From a bacterium (GTDB lineage Bacteria; Patescibacteriota; CPR2; UBA1875; JAJYID01), in contig JAJYID010000001.1 of NCBI GenBank assembly GCA_021790235.1, forward strand, positions 107,228 through 171,227: a stretch of 64,000 nt of DNA, read 5' to 3'. Shown in pieces: positions 19,346 through 28,934 of this stretch. A program made the position numbers and the translations under genes. The notes beneath the pieces were generated by a model. It saw only the letters and a list, made by a program, of their open reading frames with translations, made no database searches and had not been told where the DNA came from. Every line of letters starts with the position of its first letter. Within the stretch, counting starts at the first letter, position 1.

Positions 19346-20307
19346 TGACACCGGCAAAATTTATTAGAACTACAATCTCAGAACGAGAGGTATTAGGAGA
19401 GAAACTAGCCAAAAAGAGAAATTCTCTTCATTTGGATCTCAAAGATGTCGAAAAGGCTACGAAAATTCCAGCCCGCCATGTCAAAAATATCGAGGAAGGC
19501 AACTTTACTAAACTGCCGCCAGACGTTTATACCAGAGGATTCGTAAGGACTTATGCTGCCTTTTTAGGCCTGAACGTCAAAAAAATTATCAACTCTTATG
19601 ATAAGGAAAGGGGACTTGAAAAAAAGCTGAAGATGAAGGATAAACCATCTCCTCAGCCAAAAACAACACTGAAAACTCCGCGAATGGTTCTAACCCCTAA
19701 AAAATTAATTGCTCTAGGGTCGTCTCTGGCGGTTTTGGCAATTCTTTTTTTCATTGGCTGGCAAATTAAAATCTTGTCGGCACCGCCGGTTCTAAATGTG
19801 ACTAGTCCGGCTGACAACTCAAATGTCAGTGAAGACTATATTTATGTGGCGGGTCAAACTGACCGGGATGCTGATCTCTACATTAATGATGTTAAAGTTG
19901 GTACTGACGATACCGGAACCTTCAAAGAAAGAGTGAGTTTACAAGATGGAGTGAATATTATTGAAATTAAGGCAAAGAATAAAATGGACAAGCAAACTGT
20001 TGTGGAACGTAAGATCTCAGCGACGTTGCCGCTTACGACTGCTACGGTTGATAGAACTATTTATCCTTTGGAAGTTAAGGTCGTTATCGGCCCTCATCCA
20101 GCAAATGTCGAAATAGTGCGCGATGGCGAAAAGCTTAATGTGTCCGGAGTGATGTTGGCCGGATCAACTCAAATCTTTTATGCTCAAAACAATATTGTGC
20201 TATCAACGAACAACGCCGGTAGTACGAAGGTGATTTTGAATGGCAAAGATTTAGGGCCGCTCGGTCAAGAAGGACAAACTATAAAGGACAAAAAGTTTTC
20301 GAAATAG
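19345..20307 (+). CDS. RodZ-like HTH/DUF4115 membrane protein
   Basis: An N-terminal HTH (...RGFVRTYAAFLGL), one transmembrane segment and a C-terminal beta domain. Confidence 0.7.
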   Translation: MTPAKFIRTTISEREVLGEKLAKKRNSLHLDLKDVEKATKIPARHVKNIEEGNFTKLPPDVYTRGFVRTYAAFLGLNVKKIINSYDKERGLEKKLKMKDKPSPQPKTTLKTPRMVLTPKKLIALGSSLAVLAILFFIGWQIKILSAPPVLNVTSPADNSNVSEDYIYVAGQTDRDADLYINDVKVGTDDTGTFKERVSLQDGVNIIEIKAKNKMDKQTVVERKISATLPLTTATVDRTIYPLEVKVVIGPHPANVEIVRDGEKLNVSGVMLAGSTQIFYAQNNIVLSTNNAGSTKVILNGKDLGPLGQEGQTIKDKKFSK

Positions 20308-20381
20308 TGTCAGCTTACTGACACTATTTTCGCCAATTTTAAACTTAAACCTTCAAAAAATCACTTCACTAATATTTATAT
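20302..20381 (+). repeat. Right copy of the inverted repeat; its hairpin doubles as the intrinsic terminator of the rodZ-like gene
   Basis: 12-bp stem aaatagtgtcag/ctgacactattt with loop ctta, overlapping stop codon 20305-20307. The conserved 27-mer lies at 20355-20381. Confidence 0.65.
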
Positions 20382-20623
20382 ATGAAAAGTAATTGTTTTT
20401 AACTACCACGATTATTGAATTAAACAAAAAAACTAATTCTTCCCTCTATTCTAATCCCACAAATCAGATATCCACGATATTCCCTAAACCCATCAGACTA
20501 TTTAAAAACAAAACTTTGCAGAACTTACCTCACCTTGAAGGTTCTATGGTATAATTTGATCATTCAAAACCTCTGGTTCTTGGTTCCTATTCAAAATTAA
20601 AATACTAAATTCAAGGAGACAAT

Positions 20624-21127
20624 ATGGCCAAAGATTTTTCATTTGATATTGAAAGCGACTTCGACATGATGGAGATGACAAATGCGCTCGACCAGACAAA
20701 AAGAGAGATTTCACAGCGTTATGATTTCAAAGGTACAGATTCTACCATTGATTTTGACGAAGAGAAAAAAGGATTGGTTCTCACAGGTGACTCGGATTAC
20801 AAGGTCGATGCCATGATGGATATTATCGAGTCCAAAATGGTAAAACGCGCTCTTTCGCTAAAAATTTTAGACAAATCAAGTCCGAAAGAATATGCCTCAG
20901 GCGATAGAATTCGCCAGAAAATTACCTTCAAAAAGGGTATGGATTCTGATAAGGCCAAAAGAATTTCCAAGATTATTAGAGACACTTACCCGCAAGCCAA
21001 AGCCCAGGTTCAGGGAGATACGATTCGCGTTTTCTCAGGTTCCAAGGACGACTTACAGGGGGTCATGCAACTACTGCGAAGCGACGAGTCGATAGACATC
21101 CCGCTTCAGTTTACAAATTACAGATAA
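20624..21127 (+). CDS. yajQ: YajQ family nucleotide-binding protein (UPF0234)
   Basis: SFDIESDFDMMEMTNALDQTKREISQRYDFKGT. SD aaggag, with an extended -10 (tggtataat) upstream. Confidence 0.85.
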   Translation: MAKDFSFDIESDFDMMEMTNALDQTKREISQRYDFKGTDSTIDFDEEKKGLVLTGDSDYKVDAMMDIIESKMVKRALSLKILDKSSPKEYASGDRIRQKITFKKGMDSDKAKRISKIIRDTYPQAKAQVQGDTIRVFSGSKDDLQGVMQLLRSDESIDIPLQFTNYR

Positions 21128-21136
21128 ATAAGAAAG

Positions 21137-21157
21137 CCCCCGAATGCGGGGGTTTTC
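21137..21157. terminator. Intrinsic terminator (cccccg-aatg-cggggg followed by tttt)
   Basis: A GC-rich stem followed by a T-run, lying between convergent genes. Confidence 0.75.
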
Positions 21158-21177
21158 TGTCGTTGGAGAAACGCCAT

Positions 21178-21588
21178 TTATTTAACTTTTAAGTGTACCT
21201 TGATCAGCTGGCCGGTTTGAATGGATCTGTTCAGAGCAAACTCAACCTCTTCTTTGGATACTTGTATATCGATAATGATATCTTTATCTGCAGTCTCGAC
21301 CTTTTTCTCGTAACACTCATCGATGGGCCGATTGAGTTTGGGGGTATATGTTTTTAAAGTTCTTAAAACAACTATTCCCCTCTTTTCCAGGTATCCTGCG
21401 TTAATACTGGAGTAAATCCGAGCTTTTACTTTGTCTTTTTCTACCTCATAGGGAGCAAGAGATAGAATCTCTTCGAGGTAATCAACCTCAGCTTTACCGC
21501 CATTTGTTTCGATTGCATGAATGACTTTGCCGGCGTCCGAAACCAGACATACAGGATTTATCTCCGCAATGTTTATTGCATCGGCCAT
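21178..21588 (-). CDS. Hypothetical protein (136 aa)
   Basis: ORF with SD ggaggg before MADAINIAE. No recognisable motif. Confidence 0.5.
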   Translation of the reverse strand: MADAINIAEINPVCLVSDAGKVIHAIETNGGKAEVDYLEEILSLAPYEVEKDKVKARIYSSINAGYLEKRGIVVLRTLKTYTPKLNRPIDECYEKKVETADKDIIIDIQVSKEEVEFALNRSIQTGQLIKVHLKVK

Positions 21589-21796
21589 TTTTACCCTCCG
21601 TTTTTTGGCTTCTCCAACATTGGTACGTCCTCCTTGGGAATAAAATCTTAGCACAACAATATTAGAGAGTCTTTAGGCAAGCGTACAAATAATGATCGGC
21701 TACTTACACATTGAAAAATTTTCTAACTTAGCATATAATCAAATATTCCGTTTGGAATGTTTTCTAAAATCCATTCAACAAAAAGAAGGGATAAAG

Positions 21797-22771
21797 ATGC
21801 ACCAGATAATAAAAGTAGGAGTTGATGCAGATGGAGGAGATAATGGCCCAAAGGTTGTCATTGAGGGAATAGAAATGACTATGGACCAGCTTCCTAATGT
21901 CAAAATAGTCGTCTTTTCAAAAGACGATCTTTCTGAGCTTACAGAGGAGTATCCAGGACGAGTCAATCAAGTTATGGCGAGAGATATAGTGACAATGTCA
22001 GATTCTCCGGTAACTGTTAGGAGCAAGCCAAGTTCATCGATCGTGATGGCATGTAAGAGCCAAGAAGTTGATGCAGTGCTTTCTATTGGAAACACCGGTG
22101 CGGCAATGTTTGCCGCCAGTACCATTATTAAGCGAATTAGGGGAGTTGATAGAGCAGCTTTGGCTACAGTTGTTCCAGGACTTAAACATTCAGTGCTTTT
22201 AGATGTTGGGGCAAACGTGGAATGTAAACCGTCTTATTTCCCGCAGTTTGCCGCGATGGGTGCCGCTTATGCCGAGATAGTACTCGGACGAAAGAACCCA
22301 ACCATTGGTCTTCTAAATATCGGTGAGGAAGAAGCTAAGGGTAATGAGTTTGTTAAAGAAGTATACAAACTCATGGAAAATATACCCTGTTTTGTTGGCA
22401 ATGTCCAAGGCGGGGATGTTCCAAGAGGGGCTACTGATGTAACAATCGCTGATGGTTTTCTTGGGAACGTAGAGTTGAAGGCGATGGAAGGTTCATCGGA
22501 AGCAGTTATAGAAATGATCCGTCGTGATACCGCATCCTCGCTCTTTGCTAAATTTTGTTATCTGCCGGTTGCTTGGCGGCTGAGAAGGCTTGGAAAAAGT
22601 ATCAGTCGTCAGCTCTATGGTGGGGCTCCGCTCCTTGGAGTTCGAAAGCCGTTCTTGATCGGCCATGGCAGTTCTACTTCTCTTGCCGTAGCGAATGGTA
22701 TCCGCATCGCTGCTGAATGTGTGCGGTATGATCTTCCCCGACAGATCGAAAAGAGGCTGCCTTCTTCCTGA
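21797..22771 (+). CDS. plsX: Phosphate acyltransferase PlsX
   Basis: KVGVDADGGDNGP N-terminus with PlsX-like length and conservation. Confidence 0.9.
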   Translation: MHQIIKVGVDADGGDNGPKVVIEGIEMTMDQLPNVKIVVFSKDDLSELTEEYPGRVNQVMARDIVTMSDSPVTVRSKPSSSIVMACKSQEVDAVLSIGNTGAAMFAASTIIKRIRGVDRAALATVVPGLKHSVLLDVGANVECKPSYFPQFAAMGAAYAEIVLGRKNPTIGLLNIGEEEAKGNEFVKEVYKLMENIPCFVGNVQGGDVPRGATDVTIADGFLGNVELKAMEGSSEAVIEMIRRDTASSLFAKFCYLPVAWRLRRLGKSISRQLYGGAPLLGVRKPFLIGHGSSTSLAVANGIRIAAECVRYDLPRQIEKRLPSS

Positions 22772-22790
22772 AGGCAGCCTCTTCCTTTTA
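22751..22790 (+). terminator. Intrinsic terminator overlapping the plsX stop
   Basis: 13-bp stem aagaggctgcctt/aaggcagcctctt followed by ccttttа-like T-rich sequence. Confidence 0.75.
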
Positions 22791-22842
22791 GCAATTTACT
22801 TTTAAATAAAAAACTCCCTTTTAGGGAAATTTTTTATTTCAG

Positions 22843-22911
22843 TTATCTTGCGATAATGCTGTAGGTAAAACCGAAAGCGAGTACCCACAAAACTATTGTG
22901 ATCATCAACAT
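22843..22911 (-). CDS. Possible 22-aa hydrophobic peptide (MLMITIVLWVLAFGFTYSIIAR)
   Basis: My own translation, with SD-like agagagg upstream. It lies downstream of the CDF transporter gene and before a bidirectional hairpin at 22808-22838. Confidence 0.2.
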   Translation of the reverse strand: MLMITIVLWVLAFGFTYSIIAR

Positions 22912-22961
22912 CCTCTCTTTTATGACGATGTGTTTAAGGGTACTCCTTAAGCTATTCAATG

Positions 22962-23951
22962 TCAAGGACTTTTTACACCCGGAAACTTAGCAATTTTTTC
23001 TTGTTCAACCTCAAGGTAAATTTCTTTCACGCCCGGGCAGATATTTCTAATTTCTGATTCCAGCTGATCAGTGAGCGCGCCTATCTTTTGCACGACTTGT
23101 TCTGTATAACTTTTGCGATCGGTTGACGGATTATTCTCTATATTTTCATAAATAAACTCTTCCTTGAACTCGACATCAGATACAACTACGATATGTTTAG
23201 GACCGAAAATAATAGTCCGAAGATCATGATATTTCTCAACTGCCGGATGATTTTGAAAAATTTCTTCTATTTTTTTATTGGTTGCAAGGTGTGACTGATC
23301 AGTCAAAAGATCTTTGTTTTTATGAGCCAAGAAAATTGCTACAAATCCAAGTAATATACCAATGGCAATAGATGCGAGACCGTCAAAAATCGAGGTATGC
23401 AAAAAATACGATAGCAGTATACCGATGGCAGCTATGGCAAGACCTGTCACTGCGGCAGAATCTTCGAAAAAAACAGTAATAATGGCGGTCTCAGAAGAAT
23501 TATCGAGGAATTTTATAAGTTTTGCTTTTCCTTTAGTTTTATGAAGAAACCGGTATGTTACTAGTAAAGTGTAACCTTCTATTAAAATCGATATCCCTAT
23601 CACAAGCAGCGGCCATTTAATGTCAACTATCGCTTCCGGGTTCAAGATAGCATGCATTCCCTTCTGAACGGATAACACACAGCCGACTATTAAAATACCG
23701 AATGCAGCGATCAGACTCCAAAAAAATCTTTCCTTGCCAAAACCAAACTGATGTTCTTTATCAGCCGGACGACCGGCTCTTTTGATGCCAAAAAGTAAAA
23801 AGAGCTGGTTGGCTGTATCGGCAATAGAGTGTAATCCTTCAGAAAACATCACTGCTGAACCGGATATTCCAGCCACAATAAATTTCAGAAGAGCCACCAA
23901 AAGATTACCCAAGAAAGCAAAGATTATTTGTTTTATGCTATGTTCTTCCAT
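22962..23951 (-). CDS. Cation diffusion facilitator family transporter
   Basis: SGSAVMFSEGLHSIADTANQ motif, six transmembrane helices and a cytoplasmic C-terminal domain. A tataat box lies 6 nt upstream of the ATG. Confidence 0.85.
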   Translation of the reverse strand: MEEHSIKQIIFAFLGNLLVALLKFIVAGISGSAVMFSEGLHSIADTANQLFLLFGIKRAGRPADKEHQFGFGKERFFWSLIAAFGILIVGCVLSVQKGMHAILNPEAIVDIKWPLLVIGISILIEGYTLLVTYRFLHKTKGKAKLIKFLDNSSETAIITVFFEDSAAVTGLAIAAIGILLSYFLHTSIFDGLASIAIGILLGFVAIFLAHKNKDLLTDQSHLATNKKIEEIFQNHPAVEKYHDLRTIIFGPKHIVVVSDVEFKEEFIYENIENNPSTDRKSYTEQVVQKIGALTDQLESEIRNICPGVKEIYLEVEQEKIAKFPGVKSP

Positions 23952-23988
23952 TTGTTTATTATAAATTTCTTTTGTGAGAAAAGGAATT

Positions 23989-24513
23989 TTATTTCAGTGA
24001 AACCGTCGCTTTGCTTCCGGATTTTACTCTACCGCCTTTTACTATTATTATATTTTTCTCAATTTTTATAATATCGCTTTCTGTGATCATAAGATCGCGC
24101 GATAGGATTTTTAAGAAAATATAGGAGGTTAAGTAGAGTCTTTCGAGCCGCATTGTTTTTAAGTTGATACTGTAGTCTCTGACACGTCCTAATCTTCTGC
24201 CGTCTTCATCAATAACATCTGCGCTTATTATATGAATATCTTTATCCAGTATTTCTTTCAACCTGATAATTTCATCTTTCTCTCCCAGGCTATTAATACT
24301 TTCAATCATTAAAAAAATTGTTCCTACACCCGAGACACTTGAAGAATTTACAAACATCTCCTCTTTTTTGCCGGGTATTTTAACAGAAATGCCGGCAACC
24401 TTACCAGTATCAGGGTCTATGATAAAATCATCTGCATGTCCAAGGACGGTTTGTTCTTTTTTAGTGATAACTAAAGATTTTTTTAGTTCTGAAACTAGTT
24501 TTTGCATGACCAA
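23989..24513 (-). CDS. PRC-barrel domain protein (two tandem domains, putative)
   Basis: The pattern GxxxDxxIDxxxGKV / DVIDEDGRRLGRVRD is repeated, resembling YlmC/PRC barrels. Confidence 0.5.
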   Translation of the reverse strand: MVMQKLVSELKKSLVITKKEQTVLGHADDFIIDPDTGKVAGISVKIPGKKEEMFVNSSSVSGVGTIFLMIESINSLGEKDEIIRLKEILDKDIHIISADVIDEDGRRLGRVRDYSINLKTMRLERLYLTSYIFLKILSRDLMITESDIIKIEKNIIIVKGGRVKSGSKATVSLK

Positions 24514-24515
24514 AG

Positions 24516-24544
24516 TTGACTTTTCATCCTTTTTTTAATATAAT
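24516..24544 (+). promoter_or_regulatory. Sigma70-like promoter (TTGACT-17-TATAAT) of the rpsF-ssb-rpsR operon
   Basis: ttgact at 24516-24521, a 17-nt spacer, then tataat at 24539-24544. Confidence 0.65.
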
Positions 24545-24635
24545 ATTTGTATATTAATATTAGTTTAAGTATTCTCTTTTTGCTTCGTTTATAAACGAAG
24601 CCCCTAGAATGGGTCCGAGGAAAGGAATTTTTTTA

Positions 24636-25106
24636 ATGAAAAAATACGAAATTACCTACATTATACACCCTGACTTAGAAGGAAGTACGTCAAAAGTTAT
24701 AGAAAAAATTAAAGGTACTATTGAAAAATCCGGTGGGAAAGTATTAAATGAGGAAAACTGGGGTAAAAAGCGGCTTGCTTACCCGATAAGCAAAAATCAG
24801 TTTGGTATTTATACCTTTTTAGTTATTGAGATAGAACCGGATAAGATTCGAGAGTTGAGCCGGCTTCTTAAACTATCTGAAGAAATCATTAGATCATTAG
24901 TTGTAAAGGTTGAAGAAAAAGAAAGTGTAGCAAAAACTGATATAAAAAAGGCTAAATTAGTAGAAAAATCTCAAAAAGAAACAAAAGAAAAGAAAACAAA
25001 AGAGACGAACAAAACAAAAGCCGAGAATGAAAAAGAAATCAAAGAAAGACAGAAAGAGCTCGACGCAAAATTACAAGAAATAATAGGACCGGATAAAGAG
25101 TCCTAA
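24636..25106 (+). CDS. rpsF: 30S ribosomal protein S6 with a K/E-rich C-terminal extension
   Basis: MKKYEITYIIHPDLEG...ENWGKKRLAYPI. Confidence 0.9.
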   Translation: MKKYEITYIIHPDLEGSTSKVIEKIKGTIEKSGGKVLNEENWGKKRLAYPISKNQFGIYTFLVIEIEPDKIRELSRLLKLSEEIIRSLVVKVEEKESVAKTDIKKAKLVEKSQKETKEKKTKETNKTKAENEKEIKERQKELDAKLQEIIGPDKES

Positions 25107-25120
25107 AAAGGAGAAAAGTC

Positions 25121-25603
25121 ATGCAAAATGTAAACTTGGCAATCATAATGGGTAACTTAACACGAGATCCGGAACTAAGGTATACGCCGAACGGTCAGCC
25201 GGTAACATCCTTTGGTGTAGCTACAAATCGTTCTTGGAAAGATGCCAATGGAGAGAAAAAAGATGAAGTAGAGTTTCATGAAGTAGTTGTCTGGGGAAAG
25301 TTGGCTGAACTTTGCAATCAGTATCTTACAAAAGGACGAAAAGTTCATGTAATGGGGCGATTGCAAACCAGGAGTTGGGAAGGCCAGGATGGCGCTAAAA
25401 GGCAGAAAACTGAAATTGTTGCCCAAGATATAGCATTTGTAGATTCCAGAAAAGATAGTGCTGATTTTACTACGGGAGAGCCGCAAGGAACAGCCGCAAA
25501 AAGTTCGCCAAAGAAATCAAAGCAGGATAAAGATACTGAATCCGTCTCTGATAAAGCTTCGACGGATGAAGAGGAGATAAATATCGATGACATACCATTC
25601 TAG
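25121..25603 (+). CDS. ssb: Single-stranded DNA-binding protein
   Basis: OB fold ([21 protein letters not shown]) and an acidic tail ending DDIPF. Confidence 0.92.
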   Translation: MQNVNLAIIMGNLTRDPELRYTPNGQPVTSFGVATNRSWKDANGEKKDEVEFHEVVVWGKLAELCNQYLTKGRKVHVMGRLQTRSWEGQDGAKRQKTEIVAQDIAFVDSRKDSADFTTGEPQGTAAKSSPKKSKQDKDTESVSDKASTDEEEINIDDIPF

Positions 25604-25823
25604 AGACAATCAAATAAACTATGCTGGTAGAAAAGGATGCAGGTTTTGTATAGATAAAGATTTGAAGATTGATTATAAGGATACTAAAGGTCTTCAGAAA
25701 TTTATTTCAAGCTATGGCAAAATAGAATCCAGAAAAAGAACCGGCAATTGTGTGAAGCATCAGAGGAAAATAGCACTGGCAGTCAAACGGGCTAGGATTC
25801 TAGCTTTGCTTCCTTATAAATAA
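25587..25823 (+). CDS. rpsR: 30S ribosomal protein S18
   Basis: CRFC...IDYKD...[34 protein letters not shown]. Confidence 0.9.
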   Translation: MTYHSRDNQINYAGRKGCRFCIDKDLKIDYKDTKGLQKFISSYGKIESRKRTGNCVKHQRKIALAVKRARILALLPYK

Positions 25824-25832
25824 ATCTACGAA

Positions 25833-26393
25833 ATGTATGATATCAGCGATCTAAAAGTAGGCAGTGTTTTTGAACTTGAAGGAGAACCGTATATTATTTT
25901 AGAATCCCAGCATTCTAAAATGGGACGCGCCGGAGCGGTTCTCAGAACTAGGATCAAAGGTTTGGTTTCAGGTGTGACCGTAAGCAAGACTTTTCGTTCA
26001 AGCGATAAGTTTACGCCGGTAATCATTGAAAGAAAAAAATTTCAGTTTCTCTATTTTGAAGGCGAGGATTTCTTATTTATGGACCTCTCTACATATGAAC
26101 AGGTTACACTGGGTAAAACATTTGTCGGTTCAGCTAAGAACTATCTTCAGGAAGGTGAGAGTTATCAGTTAGAGATGTTTCAAGGAAAGCCTATTGCGAT
26201 AGACTTGCCTGTCAAAATGAATTTTGAAGTTATACAAGCTGAAAAAGGATTAAAAGGTGACACGGCCTCAAAGACCACCAAACCGGTTACTATTGAAACC
26301 GGGCTCAAGGTCAATGTGCCTCTTTTTATCAGCCAAGGTGACAGAATTGTAGTTGACACTCGAGATGGATCATACGTAGAAAGGGAAAAGTAA
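25833..26393 (+). CDS. efp: Elongation factor P
   Basis: DLKVGSVFELEGEPYIILESQHSKMGRAGAVLRTRIKGL. Confidence 0.92.
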   Translation: MYDISDLKVGSVFELEGEPYIILESQHSKMGRAGAVLRTRIKGLVSGVTVSKTFRSSDKFTPVIIERKKFQFLYFEGEDFLFMDLSTYEQVTLGKTFVGSAKNYLQEGESYQLEMFQGKPIAIDLPVKMNFEVIQAEKGLKGDTASKTTKPVTIETGLKVNVPLFISQGDRIVVDTRDGSYVEREK

Positions 26394-26398
26394 GAATA

Positions 26399-27211
26399 GT
26401 GAAGAAGAGAATCGATGTGCTTTTAACTGAAAAAGGGTTCGCTGAAAGCCGTGCTAAGGCGCAGGCTTTTTTGCTGTTAGGGCAAGTCTATGTTGATGCC
26501 AAAAAAGTTGATAAAGCTGGAACTTTGATTGAGGATAACGCTAGTCTTGAATTGAGGGAAAGATTTCCCTATGTTTCCAGAGGCGCTTTAAAAATTCAGA
26601 AGGCTTACGAGGAATTTGGACTGGATTTTAATGAAAAAGTTATTTGTGACATCGGTGCGTCAACCGGAGGATTTACGGACTTTGTGCTGCAACATGGTGC
26701 AAAGAAAGTGTATGCGATTGATGTTGGTTATGGGCAACTTGAGCAGAAATTACGTGAGAACAGTAGGGTGCATGTTATGGAAAGAACTAATTTCCGTGAG
26801 ATAGATTCATGGGACGATTTTTCTAAACGCGTCATCCTGGCCCGTCCAGGATCAAAAAAGTATAAAAACGAGTCAAATTTTGGTCAAACCAGAATGACAG
26901 TTGAGCGAATTAATTTCTTCGTTTGTGACGTTTCGTTTATTTCCCTCAAAAAAATAATTCCTCAGATTAAAAAAATTGTAGATTACCCGATTGAGTGTGT
27001 TTTGCTCATTAAACCGCAATTCGAAGTTGGCAAGGAAATCGCTGACAAAACCAAAGGCGTGATTAAAAACGAGGAAATTCAGAGGTCAGTGGTCGAAGAT
27101 ATTGCGGAGTTCAGCGAGGAGCAAAGGTTTCATGTTGAAGGCATTACCGATTCGCCGATTACTGGTGCCAAAGGGAATAAAGAATTTTTAATCTACTTAA
27201 GTTATAATTAA
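26399..27211 (+). CDS. tlyA: TlyA family rRNA 2'-O-methyltransferase, carrying an in-frame repeat-derived insertion
   Basis: An S4 domain followed by the SAM motif DIGASTGGFTD and then DVSFISL. Confidence 0.85.
   Translation: MKKRIDVLLTEKGFAESRAKAQAFLLLGQVYVDAKKVDKAGTLIEDNASLELRERFPYVSRGALKIQKAYEEFGLDFNEKVICDIGASTGGFTDFVLQHGAKKVYAIDVGYGQLEQKLRENSRVHVMERTNFREIDSWDDFSKRVILARPGSKKYKNESNFGQTRMTVERINFFVCDVSFISLKKIIPQIKKIVDYPIECVLLIKPQFEVGKEIADKTKGVIKNEEIQRSVVEDIAEFSEEQRFHVEGITDSPITGAKGNKEFLIYLSYN
26830..26900. repeat. Full-length hairpin repeat element inside the tlyA coding sequence
   Basis: cgtcatcctggcccgtccaggatc...ggtcaaaccagaatgacag. The TIR is gtcatcctgg/ccagaatgac (9 of 10). It encodes approximately SKRVILARPGSKKYKNESNFGQTRMTV. 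Confidence 0.6.
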
Positions 27212-27214
27212 TAA

Positions 27215-27564
27215 ATGGACTACGCAAAGAAAAACCAGAGGAACCAATATTTGCTCTAAAAGGAGTAGAAGGCTTTCAATTTGATCTAATAAATAAAGAT
27301 ATTGAGATTTACTACGAGGATTCAACGCTGGGTCACGATGACTTTGTGAAGGCAAAAAACTTCACACATTTCTATTATATATTGGAAGGCAGCGGTTTCT
27401 TTACGATTGATGGTAAAGAAGTTAATGTGGGAAAAGGAATGATTGTAGAAATTCCTGCAGGGATAGGTTTTGCCTTTAATGGGAAGATGAAATTGATTCT
27501 AATAGTTGATAAACCTTTTGATCCAGAGAATCTGGAAGTGACCCGAAAAAACTTAGATGTCTAG
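27215..27564 (+). pseudogene. Cupin domain protein, apparently frameshifted in the A-rich sequence aaagaaaaacc near its 5' end
   Basis: ATG 27215 opens MDYAKKNQRNQYLL*. The adjacent frame, open from 27208 with no start codon, reads ...KPEEPIFALKGVEGFQFDL...ILEGSGFFTIDGKEVNVGKGMIVEIPAG (cupin). Confidence 0.5.
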
Positions 27565-28649
27565 ACATTAAACTTAAAGACCATGACGTCGCCGTCTTGG
27601 ACGGTGTAATCTTTGCCTTCGAGTCTCACTTTACCGGCAGATTTGGCCCCGGTCCAACCCTTAAACTCAACTAGATCTTTCCAATTTATAGTTTCGGCTT
27701 TAATGAATCCCTTTTCAAAATCGGTATGAATGACGCCGGCGGCTTGTGGTGCTTTGTCACCTTTATGAATGGTCCAAGCTTTGATTTCCTTCTCGCCGGC
27801 GGTGAAGTAAGTTTCTAGACCAAGCAAGTCATAACCACTCTTAATTAACCGGTTCAGCCCGGCTTCAGTTTGGCCGAGTTCAGACAAATATTCCTTTTTT
27901 TCACTTAGCGAAAGTTCATTCAATTCAGATTCAATTTTCGCTGAAATGAGAACATAGTCGGAAGTTTTCACGACATATCCTTCAATTGTCTTTTCGAGTT
28001 CTGATTTATTCTGCAAATGTTCCTCGTCGATATTGAAAATATAAATGTGCGGCTTCAAAGTCAGGAGATTTAGGTCTTTAATTTTCTCCAGCTCTTTTTC
28101 GGTTAAGTTCAGCTCGCGCGCGGCTTTTCCTGTTTCTAGATCGGCCTGAATTTTCTGAACTAAGACAAGAGTGTCTTTCAGTTTCGGATCGCCTTTGATA
28201 TCCTTGGTTAGCTTAGCGGTTCTTTTGCCAATGGTTTCAAGATCTGCCAGAACTAGCTCCATTCTAATAGTTTCGATGTCGGAGGCCGGATCAACCTTGC
28301 CGGCAACGTGAGTGACATTTGTGTCGTCAAAAACCCGGACCACTTCAGCTATAGCATCGCACTCACGAATATTTGCCAGAAATTTATTCCCCAGGCCTTC
28401 TCCTTCTGCCGCTCCCTTCACAATGCCGGCAATATCGATAAATTCCATAATTGCGGGGACTATTTTCTGGGTTGGGATAACTTCGGCTAATTTTTGTAAC
28501 CTTTCATCAGGTACTTCCACAATTCCTATATTTGGATCGATAGTGCAAAATGGGTAATTCGAAGCCTCCGCCTGAACGCGAGTTAAGGCGTTAAAAAGAG
28601 TGCTTTTGCCGACATTTGGCAGGCCGACTATGCCGATAGATAAGCTCAT
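27561..28649 (-). CDS. ychF: Redox-regulated ATPase YchF
   Basis: MSLSIGIVGLPNVGKSTLFNALT with a C-terminal TGS-like domain. Confidence 0.95.
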   Translation of the reverse strand: MSLSIGIVGLPNVGKSTLFNALTRVQAEASNYPFCTIDPNIGIVEVPDERLQKLAEVIPTQKIVPAIMEFIDIAGIVKGAAEGEGLGNKFLANIRECDAIAEVVRVFDDTNVTHVAGKVDPASDIETIRMELVLADLETIGKRTAKLTKDIKGDPKLKDTLVLVQKIQADLETGKAARELNLTEKELEKIKDLNLLTLKPHIYIFNIDEEHLQNKSELEKTIEGYVVKTSDYVLISAKIESELNELSLSEKKEYLSELGQTEAGLNRLIKSGYDLLGLETYFTAGEKEIKAWTIHKGDKAPQAAGVIHTDFEKGFIKAETINWKDLVEFKGWTGAKSAGKVRLEGKDYTVQDGDVMVFKFNV

Positions 28650-28934
28650 AGTTTCCTTACATTAACTAATTAATTTTAGCACAAAAGCCGCGTTCTAGTA
28701 AGGCAAAACTAAAAAAAACTAAAAAAACTCTTGCTAAATTAATTCTTATGTGATATGATAACAAATCAACTTAGGGAAAAAGCTTATTGAACATCAAATA
28801 TAAAGAAAGAGGGGCAACTTAAGTTGATTCGTTCCTTATTATAAGAATAATCAAGAAGAGATCGGAGGAGACTTTTCTTGTAGTAGAGATATAGCTTTAT
28901 TCAGAGCCAGAAAACAAATCAAGAGAATGAAAGG

